NCBI RefSeq assembly: GCF_003945235.1
Contig: NZ_RSDW01000001.1
Coordinates: forward strand, 1,500,001 to 1,532,000
From: Edaphobacter aggregans
Lineage (GTDB): Bacteria; Acidobacteriota; Terriglobia; Terriglobales; Acidobacteriaceae
Direction of reading: 5' to 3'
DNA: 32,000 bases
Of the stretch, positions 25,796 to 32,000 are shown piece by piece (the first letter of the stretch is position 1; each line of letters starts with the position of its first letter). Under the pieces are notes generated by a model. It was not told where the DNA came from. It did no database searches and saw nothing but the letters and a program-made list of their open reading frames with translations. The translations under genes and the position numbers were made by a program.

Positions 25796-27688
25796 TTACG
25801 AATGTGCGTGATCCTTTATCGGCTTCGGCTTCCATGCGCCGGAAATCGCAAACGCCGAGTGAATCAGCGCGATATGCGACAAAGCCTGTGGAAAATTTCC
25901 CAGCATGCGCTTCTTCTTCGGGTCGTACTCCTCCGCCAACAGGCCAACATCATTCCGCAGCGCCAGCAACCGCCCGTAAAGAGCCTTAGCATCTTCTTTC
26001 CGTCCGATCAGCCAAAGATTCGTCACCATCCAGAAGCTGCACGCCAGAAAAACTCCCTCATCCCCATGAACGCCATCGTCCGTCGTGCGCGTGTTGTAGC
26101 GAAGCACAAGTCCATCGCGCATCAGATGTTTCTCAATCGCCTCCACCGTCCCGCGAATCCGCGGATCATCCGGCGGCAGAAACCCCACCAGCATAATCCG
26201 CAAACAAGACGCATCCAACTCCCGCGCCCCATACGACTGCACGAAACTATTCAACCTCTTATTGAACCCCTTCTCGCAAACTTCTCTATGAATCCGATCC
26301 CGCTCTCTCTTCCACCGCTTCACATCGCCATCACCATCGAAGCGCTCATGAAATTCGATCGCGCGATCCAGCGCCAACCACGCCATCACCTTCGAGTGCG
26401 TAAAGTGTTTGCGCCCCCCACGCGTCTCCCATATCCCTTCATCCGGCTCTCTCCACACATCGCACAGATGATTGATCAGCGAAGCCTGCAACCTCGTCGC
26501 CGAAACCCGTATATCGTCCTGCGCCTCCGGAGCCCGCAGCAGCGCCGCCGCCACCTCTCCAAACACATCCAACTGAAACTGTCCCGCTGCTCCATTCCCA
26601 ATCCGCACCGGCGACGATCCCTCATACCCCGGCAACCACTTCGCCACCCACTCCGGAATCCGCCTCTCCCCTTCAAGGCCATAGATCATCTGAATCTGAT
26701 CTGGAGCCCCCGCAGCAGCTCTCAGTAACCACTGTCTCCACGCAACCGCCTCGTCCACATAACCCGCCTGCATCAGCACCAGTAACGTAAACGCCGTATC
26801 ACGCAGCCAGCAGAAGCGATAATCCCAATTACGCTCCCCGCCTATCCTCTCCGGAAGCGAAGTCGTAGGCGCGGCAACAATTCCACCCGAAGGTCGATAC
26901 GTCAGCGCCTTCAGCGTAATCAGCGAGCGCTCCACCGCATCCGCATACGGCCCGCGATAGGCATTCCGTCGCGTCCACCCCCTCCAGAATCGCCGCGTAT
27001 CGGCCAGCGCCCTTCGTGCATTAATCTTCTTCGGCACCTTCTCGAGAGACGACCCATACGTCAGCACAAACGTCAGCACCTCGCGAGCCCCCACCGTGAA
27101 CTCGCTCACCGTCATCATCCCCTCGCCACGCAGCGGAGCCTTCGTCCGCAGCACCACCCTGTCCGGCCCCGCCACCGCCTGCCATTCATCTCCTCGACTC
27201 GTCACCCACGGAATCGTGCGACCATAATCGAACCGGATCGCCAATTCCATCCGCATCGCCACCTTACCCCGCACACCACGCACCACGCGCACCACATCGG
27301 AGTACTGCCCCCGCGGAGGCATAAAGTCCGTAACCCTCACCTCTCCCCGAGCCGTCTCAAACGCCGTCTCCACAATTAAGGTGTGCTCCTCATATCGACG
27401 CTGTACATCCTTCACCTTCGCCTGTGGAGCAATCTTCCAGAATCCCTGCTCCTTCGTCCCCAACAGAGCCGCAAAGCAAGCCCCCGAAGAAAACTTCGGC
27501 CAACAAAGCCAATCAATCGACCCTTCTCGCGACACCAACGCCGCCGTCTCGCAATCACCAATCAGGCAATAATCCTCAATCCTCGCGGCGTGTAACCACT
27601 TTTGCCTTCTTGTCTTTTGCTCCGCCACGCACCCTCTCAATCTAGCTGGCAATTCATCCACAGCAACCGAACGCCCCACACCTCGCAT
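25796..27688 (-). CDS. glycoside hydrolase family 15 protein (glucoamylase / trehalase-type)
   Basis: 630 aa. IEDYCLIGDCETAALVSREGSIDWLCWPKFSS N-terminal signature of bacterial GH15 proteins, later ERNWDYRFCWLRDTAF and LLAEEYDP...GNFPQALSH. The start is uncertain (ATG 27688, or GTG 27628 preceded by GAGAGGG). Confidence 0.85.
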   Translation of the reverse strand: MRGVGRSVAVDELPARLRGCVAEQKTRRQKWLHAARIEDYCLIGDCETAALVSREGSIDWLCWPKFSSGACFAALLGTKEQGFWKIAPQAKVKDVQRRYEEHTLIVETAFETARGEVRVTDFMPPRGQYSDVVRVVRGVRGKVAMRMELAIRFDYGRTIPWVTSRGDEWQAVAGPDRVVLRTKAPLRGEGMMTVSEFTVGAREVLTFVLTYGSSLEKVPKKINARRALADTRRFWRGWTRRNAYRGPYADAVERSLITLKALTYRPSGGIVAAPTTSLPERIGGERNWDYRFCWLRDTAFTLLVLMQAGYVDEAVAWRQWLLRAAAGAPDQIQMIYGLEGERRIPEWVAKWLPGYEGSSPVRIGNGAAGQFQLDVFGEVAAALLRAPEAQDDIRVSATRLQASLINHLCDVWREPDEGIWETRGGRKHFTHSKVMAWLALDRAIEFHERFDGDGDVKRWKRERDRIHREVCEKGFNKRLNSFVQSYGARELDASCLRIMLVGFLPPDDPRIRGTVEAIEKHLMRDGLVLRYNTRTTDDGVHGDEGVFLACSFWMVTNLWLIGRKEDAKALYGRLLALRNDVGLLAEEYDPKKKRMLGNFPQALSHIALIHSAFAISGAWKPKPIKDHAHS

Positions 27689-27832
27689 CTCTTAGCGAAG
27701 CATGTGTCTCTCGCTTGGATGCGCAGAACAAATGCCGCAGCGTAACCCTGTGCTTCGTGGATAACTTTGTAACGGCCCCAGCCTCACCGCCATCTAACCT
27801 GACACGAACAAGATTCAAAAGCCGAGGCATCA

Positions 27833-29650
27833 TTGAAGAAACCCGGTAGCGCCATTGATCCACTCTGGTACAAAGACGCAGTCATCTACGAACTCCACGT
27901 CCGCACCTTCCAGGACTCCAACGCGGACGGCATCGGCGACTTCCCCGGCCTCATCTCCCGCCTCGACTACCTCCAGGACCTCGGCGTCACCTGCCTCTGG
28001 CTCCTCCCCTTTTATCCCTCACCCCTCCGCGACGACGGCTACGACATCTCCAACTACACCGCCGTCAACCCCAGCTACGGCACCATCGAAGACTTCAAGC
28101 TCTTCCTCGCCGCCGCTCACCAGCGCAACATGCAGGTCCTCATTGAGCTCGTCATCAACCACACCTCCGACCAGCACCCCTGGTTCCAGAAAGCCCGCCA
28201 TGCTCCCCCCGGCTCGCCCGAACGCGACTTCTACGTCTGGTCCCCCACCGACCAGATCTACAAAGACGCGCCTATCATCTTCTCCGACACCGAAAAATCC
28301 AACTGGACCTGGGACGAAACCGCGAAAGCCTTCTACTGGCATCGCTTTTTCCACCACCAGCCCGACCTCAACTTTGACAACCCCGCCGTCCTGGAAGAAG
28401 TCCTCAAAGCCATGCGCTTCTGGCTCGACCTCGGTGTCGATGCCTTCCGTCTCGATGCTGTTCCCTACCTTGTCGAGCGCGACGGCACCGCTTGCGAGAG
28501 CCTCCCCGAGACCCACCACATCATCCGCACCATCCGCGCCGCCATCGACGACGGCTACACCAACCGCTTCATCCTCGCCGAAGCCAACCAATGGCCCGCC
28601 GACGTCCGCCCCTACTTCGGCAACGGCGACGAGTGCAACATGGCCTTCCACTTCCCCCTCATGCCGCGCATCTACATGGCCCTCCGTCAGGAAGACCGCC
28701 TCCCTATCACCGACATCATCGCGCAAACTCCCCCCATCCCCGACTCCTGTCAATGGGGCCTCTTCCTCCGCAACCACGACGAACTCACCCTCGAGATGGT
28801 CTCCTCTGACGAGCGCGACTACATGTACTTCGCCTACTCCGCCGACCCTCGCATGCGCGTCAACTCCGGTATCCGCCGCCGCCTCGCCCCCCTGCTCGAC
28901 AACAATCGCCAGCGCATCCAGCTCCTCAACTCACTCCTGCTCAGCTTCCCCGGCACCCCCATCGTCTACTACGGCGACGAGATCGCCATGGGTGACAACA
29001 TCTATCTTGGCGACCGCAACGCTGTCCGCACCCCCATGCAGTGGAGCTCCGACCGCAACGCCGGCTTCTCCACCGCGAACCCCGCCCGCCTCTGCTTCCC
29101 CGTCGTCATGGACCCCATCTTCGGCTATCAGGCCGTCAACGTAGAAGCCGAGCTAAGCGATCAGTCCTCGCTCCTCCACTGGACGCGCAACATGATCGCC
29201 CTACGCAAGCTCTTTCGTGTCTTCGGCCGAGGCTCCATGGAATTCCTCAATCCCGAAAACCGCAAGGTCATCGCCTACATCCGCCACTACGACCCCACCT
29301 CTCGCTCCAAAGAAGACACCGCCGCCCACGTCCGCGACCTCACCTCTCCCGGCACCGAGATCGTCCTCTGCGTCGCCAACCTCTCCCGCTTCGCCCAGCC
29401 CGTCTCCCTCGACCTCTCCGAATTCGCCGGCATGGTCCCGGTCGAGATGCTAGGCTACGTCCCCTTCCCCACCATCACCGCCGCTCCCTACCCTCTCACC
29501 CTCGCTCCCTACTCCTTCTTCTGGCTCGAACTCCAACCCGCCCACCAGCCCCGCAACTCCACCGAAGCCTACACATCCATCCCTGACGAAGAACCCACCC
29601 TCGACCAGCTCACCCTTGACGCCTCCACCCGCCCCCTGAACCCCCTATGA
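27833..29650 (+). CDS. treS: trehalose synthase / maltose alpha-D-glucosyltransferase (GH13), stand-alone with no fused maltokinase
   Basis: 605 aa. DPLWYKDAVIYELHVRTFQDSNADGIGDF, LLPFYPSPLRDDGYDISNY, INHTSDQHPWF, FRLDAVPYL, LAEANQWP, FLRNHDELTLE. TTG start with GAGG 5 nt upstream. Confidence 0.9.
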   Translation: MKKPGSAIDPLWYKDAVIYELHVRTFQDSNADGIGDFPGLISRLDYLQDLGVTCLWLLPFYPSPLRDDGYDISNYTAVNPSYGTIEDFKLFLAAAHQRNMQVLIELVINHTSDQHPWFQKARHAPPGSPERDFYVWSPTDQIYKDAPIIFSDTEKSNWTWDETAKAFYWHRFFHHQPDLNFDNPAVLEEVLKAMRFWLDLGVDAFRLDAVPYLVERDGTACESLPETHHIIRTIRAAIDDGYTNRFILAEANQWPADVRPYFGNGDECNMAFHFPLMPRIYMALRQEDRLPITDIIAQTPPIPDSCQWGLFLRNHDELTLEMVSSDERDYMYFAYSADPRMRVNSGIRRRLAPLLDNNRQRIQLLNSLLLSFPGTPIVYYGDEIAMGDNIYLGDRNAVRTPMQWSSDRNAGFSTANPARLCFPVVMDPIFGYQAVNVEAELSDQSSLLHWTRNMIALRKLFRVFGRGSMEFLNPENRKVIAYIRHYDPTSRSKEDTAAHVRDLTSPGTEIVLCVANLSRFAQPVSLDLSEFAGMVPVEMLGYVPFPTITAAPYPLTLAPYSFFWLELQPAHQPRNSTEAYTSIPDEEPTLDQLTLDASTRPLNPL

Positions 29651-29712
29651 CAACCCTCCCTCCGTCGCCGTTTAGCATCTTACTTAGCGACCGCTACATC
29701 ATGGAGTAGCCA

Positions 29713-29834
29713 AAGGACCTGCGGTTGTTGTTGTCGTTCTTATTTGTCATCCCGTAGGGATCTGCTGTTGCCGTTGCAGTTGCAGTTCTTGCTTGTCATC
29801 CCGCAGGGGTCTGCTGTTGCTTTTGTAGTTCTTC
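29713..29834. repeat. tandem copies of a short intergenic repeat family (TTGTCATCCCG-Y-AGGGG-TCTGCTGTTGC...)
   Basis: TTGTCATCCCGTAGGGATCTGCTGTTGCC at 29744-29772 and TTGTCATCCCGCAGGGGTCTGCTGTTGC at 29793-29820 (49-nt spacing), plus a partial unit GGACCTGCGGTTGTTGTTGTC at 29715-29735. A related unit starts at 31955. Confidence 0.75.
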
Positions 29835-29881
29835 TGCGACACCATCACTTCAGCATCAACACGAAAGCTACCGACAGCACC

Positions 29882-31078
29882 ATGGCCTCCACGCAAGCCA
29901 ACATCACCGCCGCAACAGCCTCCCCTGACCCCGGCAATCTTATGGTCAGCCTCGCCCCCCTACCCGGCGAAGCCCTCGAAACCGCCATAGCCAACCTCGC
30001 CCTCGCCTTCCCCGGCCAAAACATCCTCGTAGCCACGCCCAACACCGCCGCACCGCAGCTCTCCTCCGGAAGCCCCCTCCGCCTGCTCCCCTACACCGCG
30101 ACAGCACCCACCGCCAACCCCTGGGTCCTCACACCCGACGACTACCGCAACACATTCCTCCTCGCCGATCAGAACAACGCCACCACCTGTCTCCTCCTCG
30201 GTGCCGAAGCCCAGACCCTTCACCCCGAAGCCATCCGCTCCCTGGCCACCGCCGCCCGCACCGCCGACCTCACCGTCGCCCACTACCGACTCGGTCCCCA
30301 CGAAGGCCTCGTCAACTCCGCAATTCTCTACCCCGTCACCCGAGCTCTCTTCTGCACTGAGCCCCGCTTCCCCCTCGCCAACGATCTCGGCTTCTCCCTC
30401 CGTATGGCCGAACGCCTCGCCGCCGCAGCCGACCGTTTCGTCGCCATCGGCCAACCCGACGCCGTCATCTGGCCAGTCTCCGAAGCCGCCACCTCTCTCT
30501 TCACCATCGCCGAAGCCGACGCCGGCGTCCGCACCTTTCCCCTACCCGACTCCATTGACTTCAACACTCTCTTCTCCCAGATCACCGGCTCCCTTTTCGC
30601 TGACATCGACGCCAAAGCCTCCTTCTGGCAGCGTGGCCGAGCCCTCCCACCCCTCCGCACCTTCTCGCACCACCCCGCTCCCCCCGACAGCCGCACCGAC
30701 ATCACCCCAATGCTCGAGGCCTTCCACCTCGCCTACACCAACCTCCACGAGATCTGGTCCCTCGTCCTCCCGCCAAACGCCCTCCTCGGCCTCAAAAAGC
30801 TCTCCCTCCTGGCGCCCGACTCCTTCCGCATGCCCGACTCCCTCTGGGCGCGCATCGTCTACGACTTCATCCTTGCCTATCGCCTCCGCACCATCAATCG
30901 CGGCCACCTCCTCGGAGCCCTCACCCCGCTCTATCTAGCTTGGGTCGCCTCTCATCTCACCCTCGTCGCCCAGGGCACCGTTCCCGAACGACACATCGAA
31001 GACCTGGCCTCCACCTTCGAAAGCGACAAACCCTACTTCGTCTCACGCTGGCGCTGGCCCGACCGCTTCAATCCATGA
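29882..31078 (+). CDS. conserved-looking hypothetical protein; possible divergent GT-A (mannosylglycerate-synthase-like) fold with non-canonical catalytic motifs
   Basis: 398 aa from ATG 29882; the upstream part of track ORF 29744-31078 is translated repeat DNA. C-rich native codon usage. By-eye colinear motif matches to remembered R. marinus MGS (details in findings). No TM segment or signal peptide. Confidence 0.6.
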   Translation: MASTQANITAATASPDPGNLMVSLAPLPGEALETAIANLALAFPGQNILVATPNTAAPQLSSGSPLRLLPYTATAPTANPWVLTPDDYRNTFLLADQNNATTCLLLGAEAQTLHPEAIRSLATAARTADLTVAHYRLGPHEGLVNSAILYPVTRALFCTEPRFPLANDLGFSLRMAERLAAAADRFVAIGQPDAVIWPVSEAATSLFTIAEADAGVRTFPLPDSIDFNTLFSQITGSLFADIDAKASFWQRGRALPPLRTFSHHPAPPDSRTDITPMLEAFHLAYTNLHEIWSLVLPPNALLGLKKLSLLAPDSFRMPDSLWARIVYDFILAYRLRTINRGHLLGALTPLYLAWVASHLTLVAQGTVPERHIEDLASTFESDKPYFVSRWRWPDRFNP

Positions 31079-31102
31079 AGCCCTTAGAATCTTTCGCTGC
31101 TC

Positions 31103-31174
31103 CACTGATCCGCTGCCTCACTAGTTCGCTGACTCGCTGCCTTGCTGATCCACTGACTCGCTGCCGTACTAACC
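31103..31174 (+). repeat. 24-bp tandem repeat x3 (core C-R-CTGA-YY-CGCTGCC)
   Basis: Units start at 31103 (CACTGATCCGCTGCCtcactagtt), 31127 (CGCTGACTCGCTGCCttgctgatc) and 31151 (CACTGACTCGCTGCCgtactaacc), with a partial fourth unit GCTGACGCG. Lies between the 398-aa gene and the AAGGAG SD of the next gene. Confidence 0.8.
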
Positions 31175-31211
31175 GCTGACGCGTCAATCAGCATCTAAGG
31201 AGAACGACCCT

Positions 31212-31937
31212 ATGTGGCAACAAGTCGAACTCGCACTTAGCCAATCCGCTCACCGAGCCCTCGTCACCCTCGCCAACTTCCTCCCCGGTGTGCTTGCCCT
31301 GCTCCTCGCCGTTCTCCTCCTCACCGCCATCGGAGCCGGCATCGCCGCCCTCCTTCGTCGTATGCTCGTAGCCGCCCGCTTCGACGAGCGCCTGGCCCGC
31401 ACCCCCGGCCTCCCCATCTCTGAGTGGACTTCATCCCATAGCCCCACCTCGCTCGTCGCCCGAGCCGCCTTCTGGGGATGCGTCGTCCTCGGCTTCCTCA
31501 TCGGCATTACCGCCTTCGACGCCGCTTACGAAGGCAACTCGCAAATGGCAACCCTCCTGCTCCCCTACCTCACTCACTCCGTGGGAGCCATCCTTCTCCT
31601 CATCGCCGGCAATATCATCGCTCGATTCCTCGCCCGTTCCGTTCTCATCGGAGCCGTCAACGCCCGCCTCCAGTACGCCCGCTTCCTCTCACTAGGCGTC
31701 AAATGGCTGGTGCTCGTCCTCACCGCCGCCATGGTCCTCGACCACCTCCAAATCGGCGGAACCATAGTCGCGCTAGCCTTCGGCATCCTCTTCGGAGGCA
31801 TCGTCTTAACCCTCTCCCTCGCCGTAGGTCTAGGCTCCCGCGACATAGTAAGCCGCTCCCTGGAAAAAAACACCCTGGACACCTTCCCCGGAGACCCCGA
31901 CTACAAACCCCACACCGAAACCCTCCGCCACTTCTAA
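31212..31937 (+). CDS. TM-helix-repeat membrane protein (resembles the N-terminal membrane part of MscS-like channels, without the channel beta-domain)
   Basis: 241 aa. AAGGAG SD 10 nt upstream. About 5 TM segments. Pattern LANFLPGVLALLLAVLLLTAIGAGIAALLRRMLV...FDERLA and the terminal ALAFGILFGGIVLTLSLAVGLGSRDIVSRSLE match my recollection of the 'conserved TM helix' family. Confidence 0.7.
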   Translation: MWQQVELALSQSAHRALVTLANFLPGVLALLLAVLLLTAIGAGIAALLRRMLVAARFDERLARTPGLPISEWTSSHSPTSLVARAAFWGCVVLGFLIGITAFDAAYEGNSQMATLLLPYLTHSVGAILLLIAGNIIARFLARSVLIGAVNARLQYARFLSLGVKWLVLVLTAAMVLDHLQIGGTIVALAFGILFGGIVLTLSLAVGLGSRDIVSRSLEKNTLDTFPGDPDYKPHTETLRHF

Positions 31938-31954
31938 CCCATCCATCTATTTTG

Positions 31955-32000
31955 TTCGTCATTCTGACCCTGAGCGAAGCCTAAGGGGAAGAATCCCTGT
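31955..32000. repeat. start of another GTCATTC...GAGCGAAGC...GGGGAAGAATCC-type intergenic repeat (truncated by the window edge)
   Basis: TTCGTCATTCTGACCCTGAGCGAAGCCTAAGGGGAAGAATCCCTGT shares the GTCAT(C/T)C ... GGGG-(A)TC-CTG framework with the units at 29744 and 29793. Confidence 0.5.

Noticed and set aside
27855-29144. 429-aa S/T/P-rich ORF in an alternative frame of treS
   Set aside because: Same strand, shifted frame. The low-complexity S/T/P/A composition is an artefact of C-rich codon positions, and the treS frame carries all the GH13 motifs.
29744-29881. N-terminal extension of the 398-aa ORF
   Set aside because: It is a translation of the tandem intergenic repeat (LLVIPQGSAVAFVV). 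The first native-composition ATG is at 29882.
29713-31174. Possible CRISPR array (short direct repeats at 29.7 kb and 31.1 kb)
   Set aside because: There are only 2-3 units, which are degenerate, with no uniform unique spacers. Repeat lengths and spacing are atypical, and no cas genes are in the window.

Overview
High-GC bacterial chromosomal segment, probably Acidobacteriota. That assignment is an inference from a CarboxypepD_reg-type TonB-dependent receptor and from short intergenic repeat families. No rRNA, tRNA, CRISPR array, transposase or integrase was recognised by eye. Gene order, left to right: (1) guaD-hom on the minus strand. (2) Divergent from it, a tightly coupled urate-to-glyoxylate operon: allB, uraD, uraH, uox, allC, allE and an SDR. 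(3) A two-gene minus-strand insert: a beta-lactamase-fold protein without the SxxK serine, plus a small secreted protein. (4) A second M20 amidohydrolase (ureidoglycolate-amidohydrolase-like) followed by an aldehyde dehydrogenase. (5) A low-GC island at about 12.6-15.3 kb, with a membrane-anchored pentapeptide-repeat orphan, a 4-TM protein, hairpin repeats and an orphan terminator. (6) A stand-alone hmgA. (7) A DUF5666-like secreted protein plus a TonB-dependent receptor, both carrying similar Gly-rich inserts. (8) A trehalose locus: GH15-treY-treZ on the minus strand, divergent treS. (9) An uncharacterised module: a 398-aa protein that looks like a catalytically degenerate mannosylglycerate-synthase-like GT-A protein, a 24-bp x3 tandem repeat / Cys-repeat micro-ORF, and a TM-helix-repeat (MscS-N-terminal-like) membrane protein. 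The most striking global signal is a very strong strand asymmetry that does not depend on gene orientation (+ strand C>>G, A>T at synonymous sites). It splits codon usage by strand and produces many long shadow ORFs in the track. No recognisable defence or mobile system is present. The best candidate for something undescribed is the treS-adjacent module at 29.9-31.9 kb, and that call is tentative.
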